Shown here one piece after another: positions 22,880 to 36,094 of a DNA stretch of 64,000 nucleotides. The stretch is taken from contig CBDCMT010000001.1 in assembly GCA_965219095.1 (NCBI GenBank), positions 64,001 through 128,000 of the forward strand, read 5' to 3'. Below the pieces are notes generated by a model. It did no database searches, was not told the origin of the DNA, and saw only the letters and a list, made by a program, of their open reading frames with translations. A program made the position numbers and the translations under genes. Numbering within the stretch: position 1 is the stretch's first letter; each line of letters begins with the position of its first letter. The DNA comes from Bdellovibrionales bacterium. Lineage in GTDB: Bacteria; Bdellovibrionota; Bdellovibrionia; Bdellovibrionales; UBA1609.

Positions 22880-24559
22880 ATGAAAAACAAGATAGAAAGA
22901 ATAAAGAGTTTAATTTTAACAATTTTTGTTTTGAATTTGAGCTTTTCTTTGTCTGCTGATGTTTTAGAAGGACTTAAGCCTGTTGTTTTAAGTCCTGAAG
23001 AAAGACAACAGTTAAAGGAGTATGCTGAGACCTCTAGAGTTTTTCTTAAAGAAGCTCTTCGTAATGCCGAAGGAAAGTCTCGAGACACTCAGCTTAGAAT
23101 CTACAAACAATCCATTAGAGAGGTTGTTTCTTCTTCTTATGGGAAAAGCCGCCATAGTGAACTTTTGATGAGGTTTATTTTAAACCAAGCTTTAAGGCTT
23201 ACGGATGGAGATCCATCTCAAGGAGTTCGAGGAGTTTTAACTAAGACTTATAACCCTGATGTTGTGATGCTGATCTATAGAGATTCCATAAAGCTAGCTG
23301 TCGAGTATGCAGAAAAAGATTTAAAGTTTTTAGAAGATAGAGAGTTTCTCCTGCCTTACAATGATATGGCCTATGAGAGGTTGAAGTTAGTTTATCAATG
23401 GTCTCATAAGATCATGGATTCGAGTCTTAAAGCAAAGTTTTTGAAGACAGGTTTAAGAGATTGGCATACCACTGTAGCACAGCCGACCAATCAGAAAAGA
23501 GAACAATTTTCTTATTTCATTTTAAAAGTTGAGGGAGTTTTAAAGGAAGCGGACACCTATACTGATGCGGCAAAAAGGGAAAGATTTTTACTTGGCGAAG
23601 CTCGCTGGCTCTTAAAAGAGGGAGAAAGAAGATTACAAGAAATACAGGAAGCAGAAGAAAGAGGATTACAAGAAGTACAGGAAGCAGAAGACAGAAGATT
23701 ACGAAAAATACAGGAAGTAAAGGAAGCGGAAGAAAGAAGATTACAAGAAATACGGGAAGCAGAAGACAGAAGATTACGAAAAATACAGGAAGCAGAAGAA
23801 AGAAGATTACAAGAAATACGGGAAGCAGAAGACAGAAGATTACGAAAAATACAGGAAGCAGAAGAAAGAAGATTACAAGAAATACGGGAAGCAGAAGACA
23901 GAAGATTACGAAAAATACAGGAAGCAAAGGAAGCGGAAGAAAGAAGATTAATAGAGCAAAAATTTAAACAACAAATGACAATTGCAAAAGAAAAATATCA
24001 ATGTAAAAAAAACAGTGACACAGGTGACTATCATATTACTTTAAAAAACAATGAGGAATCGAATATAAAATCTAACGTCAATGGTTTTTTCAATAAAAAA
24101 TATTGTGAAGAAAAGATGATATCTGTTTATAACCACCTTACATGTTTTCATAATGGTGTAAATTATCAACCCTACAACATTGAGACAAATAATTTTATAG
24201 GTAGATATAAATACTCAGGTAGTAAAAGTAATTGTATGAAGGCAGTACAAGAAAGCTCGACACACTTGGTTTGTCATTGGGATGGTGGCGGATACAAAGC
24301 TTATTTAACAAACCACTTTTATAAAAAAGATAAAAGTTCAGCTAGAAAGGGAAGTTTAGGTGGAAAAGGGCATGGTGAAAGCAAATTAAAGAATTGTTTA
24401 AAAGTTACAAGAAAAGCTACTAAAACTCATGCCTGTAATTGGGAAAATAGTAGTGATGATGGTTATTATATCTATAATTTAATAACAAATGAGAAAGTAG
24501 GTAACGGAAGATATAAGTATAACAGCCTAAATGATTGCATTGAAGATTTGTGGAAATAG
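22880..24559 (+). CDS. Secreted modular protein A: constant N-domain, E/R/K repeat stalk, Cys-rich tip
   Basis: AAGGAG RBS, signal peptide, 11-aa repeats EAEERRLQEIR/EAEDRRLRKIQ, CxW-containing modules. Confidence 0.8.
   Translation: MKNKIERIKSLILTIFVLNLSFSLSADVLEGLKPVVLSPEERQQLKEYAETSRVFLKEALRNAEGKSRDTQLRIYKQSIREVVSSSYGKSRHSELLMRFILNQALRLTDGDPSQGVRGVLTKTYNPDVVMLIYRDSIKLAVEYAEKDLKFLEDREFLLPYNDMAYERLKLVYQWSHKIMDSSLKAKFLKTGLRDWHTTVAQPTNQKREQFSYFILKVEGVLKEADTYTDAAKRERFLLGEARWLLKEGERRLQEIQEAEERGLQEVQEAEDRRLRKIQEVKEAEERRLQEIREAEDRRLRKIQEAEERRLQEIREAEDRRLRKIQEAEERRLQEIREAEDRRLRKIQEAKEAEERRLIEQKFKQQMTIAKEKYQCKKNSDTGDYHITLKNNEESNIKSNVNGFFNKKYCEEKMISVYNHLTCFHNGVNYQPYNIETNNFIGRYKYSGSKSNCMKAVQESSTHLVCHWDGGGYKAYLTNHFYKKDKSSARKGSLGGKGHGESKLKNCLKVTRKATKTHACNWENSSDDGYYIYNLITNEKVGNGRYKYNSLNDCIEDLWK
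23622..23950 (+). repeat. 33-bp tandem repeat (~9-10 units) encoding an 11-aa charged helix
   Basis: Units of GAAGCAGAAGA(A/C)AGAAGATTAC(A/G)A(G/A)AAATAC(A/G)G. Confidence 0.9.
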
Positions 24560-24662
24560 TATGAGGGATAAGAGTTCTTTCCCAGTAAATAGAATTCAAA
24601 ACGAATTAAATAACAGAAAGATGTTACTTTTTTAAGTTTGATATCTTTCATAGGAGGAAAAA

Positions 24663-26255
24663 ATGAAAAACAAGATAGAAAGAATAAAGAGTTTAATTTT
24701 AACAATTTTTGTTTTGAATTTGAGCTTTTCTTTGTCTGCTGATGTTTTAGAAGGACTTAAGCCTGTTGTTTTAAGTCCTGAAGAAAGACAACAGTTAAAG
24801 GAGTATGCTGAGACCTCTAGAGTTTTTCTTAAAGAAGCTCTTCGTAATGCCGAAGGAAAGTCTCGAGACACTCAGCTTAGAATCTACAAACAATCCATTA
24901 GAGAGGTTGTTTCTTCTTCTTATGGGAAAAGCCGCCATAGTGAACTTTTGATGAGGTTTATTTTAAACCAAGCTTTAAGGCTTACGGATGGAGATCCATC
25001 TCAAGGAGTTCGAGGAGTTTTAACTAAGACTTATAACCCTGATGTTGTGATGCTGATCTATAGAGATTCCATAAAGCTAGCTGTCGAGTATGCAGAAAAA
25101 GATTTAAAGTTTTTAGAAGATAGAGAGTTTCTCCTGCCTTACAATGATATGGCCTATGAGAGGTTGAAGTTAGTTTATCAATGGTCTCATAAGATCATGG
25201 ATTCGAGTCTTAAAGCAAAGTTTTTGAAGACAGGTTTAAGAGATTGGCATACCACTGTAGCACAGCCGACCAATCAGAAAAGAGAACAATTTTCTTATTT
25301 CATTTTAAAAGTTGAGGGAGTTTTAAAGGAAGCGGACACCTATACTGATGCGGCAAAAAGGGAAAGATTTTTACTTGGCGAAGCTCGCTGGCTCTTAAAA
25401 GAGGGAGAAAGAAGATTACAAGAAATACAGGAAGCAGAAGAAAGAAGATTACAAGAAATACGGGAAGCAGAAGACAGAAGATTACGAAAAATACAGGAAG
25501 CAGAAGAAAGAAGATTACGAAAAATACAGGAAGCAGAAGACAGAAGATTACGAAAAATACAGGAAGCAAGGGAAGCGGAAGAAAGAAAATTAATAGAGGA
25601 GAAAACTAAACAACGAATGACAATTGCAAGAGAAAAATATCAATGTAAAAAAAATAGTGATACAGGTAATTATCATATTACTTTAAAAAACAATAGGAAG
25701 TCAAATATAAAATCTACAATCAATGTTTTTCCTAATAAAAAATCTTGTGAAGAAAAGATGATATCTGTTTATAACCACCTTACATGTTTTCATAATGGTG
25801 ATGAGGCTGGTTATATAATGAATACGCTTGGAGTTTCAGTTTTTTTCTCTAGAGAATCGATTTATAAACTCTATCAACCTTACAACATTGAGACAAATAC
25901 TTTTATAGGTAGAAAGGGATATGGATATAATAAGAGCGATTGTATGAAGGCAGTACAAGAAAGCTCGACATACTTGGTTTGTAATTGGGATGGTGGCGGA
26001 TACAACCCTTATTTTATAAACCACTTTTATAAAAAAGATGAAAGTTCAGCTAGAAAAGGAAGTTTAGGTGGAAAAGAGCATGGTTTTGAAAAATTAAAGG
26101 GCTGTTCAAAAGCTACAAGAAAAGCTACTGAAACTCATGCCTGTAATTGGGATGCTAATGAAGATAGATTTTTTATCTATAATTTGATGAAAAATCAGAA
26201 AATAGGCAGAAAATATAGGTATGAAACCATAAATGATTGTATTCGAGATTTGTAG
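24663..26255 (+). CDS. Secreted modular protein B, tandem paralog of 22880-24559
   Basis: First ~260 aa identical to A, fewer stalk repeats, divergent Cys-rich tip with an insertion. Confidence 0.8.
   Translation: MKNKIERIKSLILTIFVLNLSFSLSADVLEGLKPVVLSPEERQQLKEYAETSRVFLKEALRNAEGKSRDTQLRIYKQSIREVVSSSYGKSRHSELLMRFILNQALRLTDGDPSQGVRGVLTKTYNPDVVMLIYRDSIKLAVEYAEKDLKFLEDREFLLPYNDMAYERLKLVYQWSHKIMDSSLKAKFLKTGLRDWHTTVAQPTNQKREQFSYFILKVEGVLKEADTYTDAAKRERFLLGEARWLLKEGERRLQEIQEAEERRLQEIREAEDRRLRKIQEAEERRLRKIQEAEDRRLRKIQEAREAEERKLIEEKTKQRMTIAREKYQCKKNSDTGNYHITLKNNRKSNIKSTINVFPNKKSCEEKMISVYNHLTCFHNGDEAGYIMNTLGVSVFFSRESIYKLYQPYNIETNTFIGRKGYGYNKSDCMKAVQESSTYLVCNWDGGGYNPYFINHFYKKDESSARKGSLGGKEHGFEKLKGCSKATRKATETHACNWDANEDRFFIYNLMKNQKIGRKYRYETINDCIRDL
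25405..25590 (+). repeat. 33-bp tandem repeat (~5 units)
   Basis: Same unit as 23622-23950. Confidence 0.88.
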
Positions 26256-26379
26256 AGGGTTTGGAGGGATATAGTTTTAAACCTAAAATCCCTCTGAGTT
26301 ATAATGTGATAGTTGCGACTTTAAAAAGTTTGTGCTTTTTTAGAAAGACTGGTAAGCTGTCATTATCTTTTCAGGCTTT

Positions 26380-26454
26380 TCAGGTGTAGCTCAGTGGTAG
26401 AGCAGGTGACTGTTAATCACCGGGTCGGGGGTTCGAATCCCTCCACCTGAGCCA
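26380..26454 (+). tRNA. tRNA-Asn(GTT)
   Basis: Acceptor stem TCAGGTG/CACCTGA, anticodon arm GGTGA-CT-GTT-AA-TCACC, GTTCGAATCC T-loop, encoded CCA. Confidence 0.97.
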
Positions 26455-27338
26455 AATTTTCGGTGATCATTTCATGGCCAATCCAACAAACAGGGCTTTT
26501 GATTTTGTCAGCATATCTATAAATGATATAACCAGCCACTCTAAATACAAGCTGGCTTAAAAGAGCCGCCACAAGCTCTTTTTTGCTTTTATGCATGCTG
26601 AGGATGTTTTGGGAGTGAAATCGCATCAAATCCAGTTGTTCTTTACAAGAATGAGCAGGCCATGAATTAAAGTCATTCCAGTTTTCAAAATTTGGGTGTG
26701 TAAAATATTTTTGAGCTTCTTGGAATATGTTTTCAAGTTTGAATTCATCCTTTAAAAAGTCTTTAGATAAGTCTTGAAAGGCTTTGGTCCAAGGATGCAG
26801 AGGGGCTTTTTCTTTTAAAGAGCCAATGAGATTAAAAAGAGCAAGTTCTACTCCCGAAAAAACGGTTGTGGAGTTAGTTAAGATCTCAGGGACATTAAAA
26901 ACGCAAACCCGAAGTCCTTCCCTATGAGCCTTTAAACTTATCTCCTCTAAGCGAAGTTTAGCAAAGCCTTGAAGGTAAGGGGTATAAGATTGCCATTTAT
27001 AGGAATCTCCTATTAAAACTTCATTGCCGTGATAACCGTAAGCGATGTAGCTAACTTCATGGTTGCTTCTTAAATCTTCTGTATGCTCCATAAGATGGAA
27101 AAAACTTTCTGCTGTCACATCTTGAAAGTTTTTCAAACATAGATGACCCAGGTCGCTTTTATTCCAAAAATCTTTCGAAGAGATAAAGCGATCTCCTGAG
27201 GCTTTAAAAACACGGTTCATAAGAGCGAAAATGATCTTTGCACGAGGAATGCCTCCTGCCATAGTATGGATGAATAAGATTTTTCTTTTGTTTTTTAAAT
27301 GAGGTTTTAATTGTTCAAAATATATTTTGAGTCTTGAC
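26417..27338 (-). pseudogene. FabMG-like enoyl-ACP reductase, probably 5'-truncated
   Basis: HTMAGGIPRAK, YIAYGYHG, WQSYTPYLQGFAKLRLE and NVPEILTNS motifs. The first ~30 aa of the track ORF come from the duplicated block starting at ~27339. Confidence 0.65.
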
Positions 27339-27524
27339 TTAAATTCAAAGGTGACAAAAATTGTTAAACACTTGTGACAAAAATTGTCACACACTTTCTT
27401 CAATTTTTTTTGGTAAATTAAAAAGTAAGTCACCAGTTTGAAGGAGGATCTCCGTTACTAAAGGGCGAATTCAGGATTATAGTACTTGATTTCAAAAGAA
27501 CTATTATGATAAAATACAATCCTT

Positions 27525-30457
27525 ATGGTGAAAATGGATAAGATGCAAAAAAAAATTCAAATATTTTTTTCTAATATTCTAATATATTTAACTTTACTTT
27601 TGTGGTCTTTTGAATCTTTGGCCAGTTTCTCTTGTGCAAACATTTTTCAATCAAATGAAAGATCCCTTTTCTATAACGATATGATTTCAAAAAAAATAGA
27701 TGATATCGAAAGAGATTTTTCAAAACCAGGAAAGTTTTTCAAAATTATTGAATCTATAGATCGTTTGGATTTAAAGAAGCTAGAAAGTGTTCATAAAAAA
27801 AGACTTATAAACATTCTCCTTCCTAAGAAAACAAATACTCTTGAGGAAAAAAAAGTATAGAAATATTTTGGAAATATGTAGCAAACAGAGACGACAAGTA
27901 TTGGCTGTTCCTTAAAAATTTTAATAGAGAAGATTTAAAAGATATATTTTTAAAATATATAGAGCAAGAAGATGCCTTTTCCAATCATCTAGAAAACATG
28001 AATGCTTCCGATCATCTAAAATACATGAATGCTTTTGACTTACTTTTGATAAATGATTTTTTGATACCTGAACTTGAAAGCGGGAGAAATCTTGATTATT
28101 TAGAAAAAAATGAAAAAGCCTGGAAAGCCTTAGGGTTTCTTTTTCGCATCCCTGAACTCTATGAGCGTTATCCTAATGTTTATCATCACATAGATAGAAG
28201 AAAATGGCTAACTAAAAAAAACATTTCTTTTGCCATAAAGACTTGGCTTTATCTACAGTATAAATCAAATAAACAATTTAAAAATATAAGCAGTCTATTT
28301 TCTACACTTTTTGATGTGCTTAAACAACTTGATTATGTTAGTAATTCTTATTTCATTAATTATGGAGATATAATGCTTTCAATAATTTTTATGCCATCTC
28401 AGCATCAGAAGGAGATTAGGAAGTACATTACAGCTGTATTAAAAACTCCAACTGAACTCATACAAGAACTCACTATTCCCAATCTCCAACTTGATACGCT
28501 ACCTTTAAAAACCAGCAATGGTGAAAAAAGCCTATCTCAAATACTAGAAACTTTCTCGGGAACACATCCAGATCTCCTTCCCAATAAAATATTGCCTACT
28601 CTATGGGATCGAGTACAAAGCATGCCTTCTGTTTTAGGACTCTTAAACGGTTGGTTAAAACATTTACCAAAATTTTATTTGAATGGACTTCCTCAAATTC
28701 CTAAAAATTCAACAGAGCTTTTGTGTGAAATTACAGGCCTTCATGTTTCTCATACTCCTTACATACAAAATTTAAAAAATCCAAATCAGTTGTTTGAGAT
28801 GCTTCTAGATATGCAAAGTAGATATAAAGCACCAATTTTTCATAATTTAGAAATAAACTCTAATCTGTTTGAATCTTCTCAAACGAAACATTTTTTTCTA
28901 AATTTTTTAGAAGCATTAAGACGAATCGAGTTATTTGAAAATACTAAAAGGAGGAGAACTTATAGGACACCTCACTCCTCTTTTCAGGAAATTACTTCAA
29001 AATATAAACTTGATCAAACAGAAATCAATCTTCAAAATATTGAGAATATAACCTCTTTTTTAAAGAAAGAATTTATCAAAAAACTTCCAGATTTATTTGA
29101 TAACAATGAGATTAACTTCTCCCATGATAAATGGAAAAAATTAGAAGAAAAATTAGGTAATTTAGATGCTGTTTTTACTCTTTTATCAAGATTATCAGGA
29201 GAAAAAGGTGAACAATTTTTTATTGTTAAATCTTTAGAGGCTATTTTAAAAGATGAATTTGAAAAGTACAAATTTGATGATTATAGAGATTATCAGCTTG
29301 GAAGCTTAAATGATCAACAATTTAATGCCTGGAAAAAGAAAAGAGTTTTTTTAAGTTTAATCGATGTTGAAAAGAAGGTTATTAAAAATGAATTTAATGA
29401 TAGAAAGGATCAGGTTAAAAAATACATTCAAAATAAACTGCTACCACAAACTCAAAAAATCACTCAAAAACTTGAAGAGAAGAATAAATCAGAAAAAACT
29501 CTTTCCAAAGAACTTCTTGAGCCTCTAATTTTAGAACACATTCATCAACCTAAAGCTCCAAAAGAAATTTTACAACAATACTTTGCTGAAAAAGGTTTTT
29601 CCGAAACAAAATCCAAATCTTTTACAACTCAACTTTTTAAAGGTTTAGTTCAGTTATTACAAACAGAGGGAATTAACAATTCTCTTTTTTTAAAGGGGCT
29701 TCAAAAAGTTATAAAACTTTACTTATTTGAAATGAGGAAAGGTGATCTTTTTGATGAAATTAAACCATTTATAGAACTATTTATAGAGAGTTTAAAAGAA
29801 ATAGACAATATATTTCAAGCAGTAAACTCAGAGCATGTAAGTGATGGTTTTATAGTTTCAGTTGTAGATCATTCTCCAAAACTTTTAATGACTACAGGAA
29901 ATTTAGTAAAAAATTGTGCAAGTTGCCTGAATTATAAAACAGGTGTTCTGATTGAGTACTTACCATCTTATGTTATTGATGGCAATATTCAAATCATGCT
30001 CAGCTTTCATTTAAAAGAAAAAGATTTTTATATTAGAAGAGATTATTTAACTGTTCTTAAATCTTATATTAATGACAACTTATCAGTTTCTTTTAACGGC
30101 AATTCAAGGGTATTTACTTTTAAAACAAAAGAGGGGGAATTTGCAACTCGTCCCATTGAGTATGCAGTTTTACGTCAGATGTTAAAAATAGGATTCGAAG
30201 AAAAAACTTCTCGTCCAGGGGTTTTCTTGGAGAGTGCGTATAATCAATACCATAGCTCTCATATAATTGATCAAATTTCTCGAAACAACCATAAGGAACT
30301 TCTTTTAGAGATCATTCATGACATGAAGGCTTTAAATGAATCTTCTAGAATTATTATGGCTCCATCACGAAATCCTTTAGGGGCTTATAGTGAAATCGTA
30401 TGGGAAGGAAAAGTAGATATTGCTCCAATCAAACTATACGAAGAGCCTGTAAATTAA
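27525..30457 (+). CDS. Large putative secreted hypothetical protein, copy 2; frameshifted at an A8 tract
   Basis: ORFs 27525-27860 and 27998-30457 join if A8 at ~27847-27854 is A9 as in copy 1; high identity to 1846-4978. Confidence 0.75.
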
Positions 30458-30500
30458 ATTGTGTAACTGATTTTTTTAAAAAATTTTGCTGAAATGAACC

Positions 30501-31130
30501 CTAACCGCAATTCATTAGTGCAACCTTTTCTTTCATCATAATCTCATAAGGTGTTAACCAGTCAAGACATTTCATGAACCTATTGTTAATTTCAAATTCA
30601 ATTTTCTTTAAACGTCGTCGATAGGTCAACCAGTTGAGATCAGAACTCTTGGGAAGGTATTGTCTCAACACACCAATGCGATTCTCATTAGTTCCCCTTT
30701 GATAACTGGAGTAAGGATCACAAAAGAAAACTTTCACTCCTACTTTATCTTCGTAACCTCTATGATCTGAAAACGCTTGACCTCTATCATTAACGTAAGT
30801 CGGTTTCTTAACAGCCCTTGACTCCTACAAGGAGATATTTCTTAGATTTTAAAGGGGTTTTTTTGAAAGAAATGTAGTCAGTATAAGTTAAGAGCAGTTT
30901 AAAAACCGAGTTACCATTAACCATGGATTTCTTAGGAAGCTTTCTTAAGGCAAGAAGAGTTTCTTTTGTAACACCCTTAGCTGATTTGTTTTTAAGCTTT
31001 CGAAATTTATTGAAACGAGATTTACGATCAGTCAAGACTAAAACACAAGATTGGTGAGCTTTGCCTATCATAAGGCCTCTTTCCCAGTGACCTACTGTAT
31101 TTCGTTTCTTACAGGCACGAGGTCTTTATC
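30501..31130 (-). pseudogene. IS30-family transposase fragment
   Basis: GHWE..., DRKSRF and CDPYSSYQRGTNEN motifs; interrupted by a 120-bp mini element. Confidence 0.85.
30795..30914. mobile_element. 120-bp MITE-like element with IS66-type ends
   Basis: GTAAGTCGGTTT...AAACCGAGTTAC flanked by the direct repeat CATTAAC; the empty site is visible in the IS30 copy at ~5310. Confidence 0.8.
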
Positions 31131-31265
31131 TAATGTCTCAAAATAAAAGAATAAAAGAGTGGTATGAGTCGAAATAGGGGAGTAATTCTTAACGTAACTC
31201 ATACCCATTTGATCTTTTAATCTTCTCTACATAATAATACAGGGAATATACGGATTTTAAAAATA

Positions 31266-32927
31266 TCAAAGGTGTGGGGACAAAAGGTTATCCTCTGTTT
31301 GATACACAAGGCCTTGAATTTCAAAACCCCTATCAGAAGAATCATGATGATCAGAACCAGAAACAAACTCCACAATCATTTTGTTCCCATCTCCTCCTTC
31401 TGTCACAAACTGACCTAAATCTCCTCCGCCTCTTAAAGTTTCGAGTTTCTTGCCCTTTTCTCCTTCATCTGAAACTAGAAAAATATGAACTGCATCTAAT
31501 AAGTGCAGTTTAAACTTTGAAAAACTCACCGCCACTTTTACAGCTTTTTTAGGAGCTTTCAGAGTCCAAGTGTATACCTCACCTCTCTTATAGTTATGAG
31601 GAGATACGAGGGTGTGTTCTTGAAAAGCAGTCCAGAAACGGGAATCATTGGGGTCAATGAGATTGCGTTCATTATTGAGAGCACGTCGGGCATTGATAAA
31701 GCCACCGGACAGAGAACGTTCTTTCAAGCTTGTTTGAAGATCAGAAGTCCAAATCAAACGAGATTTGATTTCTTTATAACTTATTTCAGGATCAACTGCC
31801 TTCATAAGAGCTGCTACACCTGTCACATGAGGAGCTGCCATAGAAGTCCCACTGATGGACTTATACTTTCCATTTCTAACGGTGCTTAAAATGTTTTCAC
31901 CAGGAGCAAAAACATGAACCAAACGTTTTCCATAATTAGACATACCGCTCTTCTCTCCATTAGCCCGCATTGCTCCCACAGAAATAATATTATCTACACC
32001 ATGATAGGAAGCAGGATAATTAGGCATTCTATCATTATCAGCAAAAGAGTTTCCCGCAGATGCTACAAATAAAATTCCATGTTCTTCAGCTTTTTTGATC
32101 ACTGTTTGAAGTGCAACACTAAAACCTCTTCCTCCCCAAGAGTTAGAAAGAATGTCTGCCTTCATTTTAATACCATAGTCAATAGCTTTAATTGCAGAGG
32201 AGATTTGACCATAACCTGTTTTTCCTAAAAATTTAATGCTCATTAAAGAAACATTCCAATTCACACCTACAACACCTATTCCATTATTGCCCTGAGCTCC
32301 AATGGTTCCTGCACAATGAGTTCCATGATCATGATCATCTCTTCCATTTGCTTTTGAAGAATAAAAATCCCAGCCGTAAACGTCATCAACAAAACCATTT
32401 TGATCATCATCAATTTTGTTATCAGGAATCTCACCTTCATTCACCCACATGTTATCTTTCAAGTCGGGATGAGTGAAATCAATGCCTGTGTCGATCACTC
32501 CTACAACTACTTTTTGACTTCCCGTTGTGATCGCCCAAGCTTCTTTAGCATTGATATCAAAAGCAGGATTGTTAAGATTATCTAAGCCCCAAAGCCCCTC
32601 CAACTTAGGATCATTGGGCAACTGAAAAGGAAAAGGTTCATTAAGAAGACCAACCACTTGATCCGGCTCTACATGTTCTATGAAATCATAGGAAAGCAAA
32701 ACAGATTGAAGTGTTGTTAAATCTTTATCGCTGTAAATAAGAAAACTATGATCAGAAAGGGGCTCCATAGGAGATTTTAAACTTTGAAACAAAGAAGAAG
32801 ACTTCCATAATTTCCAATTTATATTTTCTTTTAAAGTTACAATATACTGATTTGGAACGTATTCTATCTTTAAAGCATGAGAACTCACAGAAAAAAAGAA
32901 TAAAAATAAATAAATTAAACTTTTCAT
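31266..32927 (-). CDS. Secreted S8 subtilisin-like serine protease with C-terminal CUB-like domain
   Basis: VIDTG, HGTHCAG and GTSMAAPHV triad motifs; RBS AAGGAGG before the ATG at 32927. Confidence 0.93.
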   Translation of the reverse strand: MKSLIYLFLFFFSVSSHALKIEYVPNQYIVTLKENINWKLWKSSSLFQSLKSPMEPLSDHSFLIYSDKDLTTLQSVLLSYDFIEHVEPDQVVGLLNEPFPFQLPNDPKLEGLWGLDNLNNPAFDINAKEAWAITTGSQKVVVGVIDTGIDFTHPDLKDNMWVNEGEIPDNKIDDDQNGFVDDVYGWDFYSSKANGRDDHDHGTHCAGTIGAQGNNGIGVVGVNWNVSLMSIKFLGKTGYGQISSAIKAIDYGIKMKADILSNSWGGRGFSVALQTVIKKAEEHGILFVASAGNSFADNDRMPNYPASYHGVDNIISVGAMRANGEKSGMSNYGKRLVHVFAPGENILSTVRNGKYKSISGTSMAAPHVTGVAALMKAVDPEISYKEIKSRLIWTSDLQTSLKERSLSGGFINARRALNNERNLIDPNDSRFWTAFQEHTLVSPHNYKRGEVYTWTLKAPKKAVKVAVSFSKFKLHLLDAVHIFLVSDEGEKGKKLETLRGGGDLGQFVTEGGDGNKMIVEFVSGSDHHDSSDRGFEIQGLVYQTEDNLLSPHL

Positions 32928-33264
32928 AAAAACCTCCTTGTTTTTTATTTTCACCATCCTGGCTATTTCAATTTATAATAAATCTAAAGTAAAAAAAACT
33001 GCATACTATGAATTTTTAACTTTTTCATAAATATCTAGTTTTTAGTCCTAACATATTAATTGCAAAATACATCATATGTTTATAAATCTATGATTAGCTA
33101 TATCAAAATATTTTAATCATTATAGATTTTTTTTATACAAGTCTTATCCCCCTAGGAGAAGAGACTGAAAACCTAAATGGAAGCACTATACAAGACGAGA
33201 AGACCTCCAATTCTAGGATGAAGAGCCTTTTTTCTAAAGGGACCTCGCCTTACAGTGCCACCTA

Positions 33265-33292
33265 ATGTAACATAATATAACTTATCAGAAGA
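33265..33292 (-). other. dif-like XerC/XerD recombination site
   Basis: TCTTCTGATAA-GTTATA-TTATGTTACAT: 11-6-11 layout; the XerD arm matches E. coli TTATGTTAAAT at 10/11; intergenic. Confidence 0.7.
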
Positions 33293-33522
33293 ACCAAGAA
33301 ACCTTTTTAAAATCATCTAAACTTCTTTACTTCATCGAAGTTCATCTGTTAACTGTATGATCTTCCCCCCCCCAAAAAAAAAAAAGTGAAACTTAAGAAA
33401 ATACCAGGCTCTTTGTTAGAACTTGCCTTAGAGAACTCTTTATAATTTATGCCTCCTCAAGAACCTCAGGGAACTCACAGATTCTGTTTGAGGAGCCATT
33501 AAAATCAATTTAAAAAAAAAGG

Positions 33523-33552
33523 TTGACAATAATAAAGACAGTTTGATATAAT
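33523..33552 (+). promoter_or_regulatory. Near-consensus sigma70 promoter, probably giving a leaderless transcript
   Basis: TTGACA-18 bp-TATAAT with extended TG; ATG at 33560 lies 7 nt downstream, no SD. Confidence 0.65.
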
Positions 33553-33553
33553 C

Positions 33554-36094
<2,541 letters not shown>

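Noticed and set aside
23517..23927. Hydrophobic minus-strand ORFs (also 25300-25569)
   Set aside because: Antisense shadows of the GAA-rich coding repeats.
23622..25590. CRISPR array
   Set aside because: The 33-bp units abut without unique spacers, are in-frame coding, and there are no cas genes.
33359..33388. C9A12 tract as a promoter phase switch
   Set aside because: Matches an expanded IS3-type terminus TGATCTTCCCCCAAAAAGTG (other copies at ~48820-48841, ~50750-50767, ~52051-52072) and lies ~135 bp upstream of the -35.
33336..33510. Novel ncRNA repeated at 36147-36303 and ~7344-7396
   Set aside because: Ends in CACAGATTC...GAGGAGCC, matching the ISL3 terminus; best explained as IS debris duplicated with the S41 gene.
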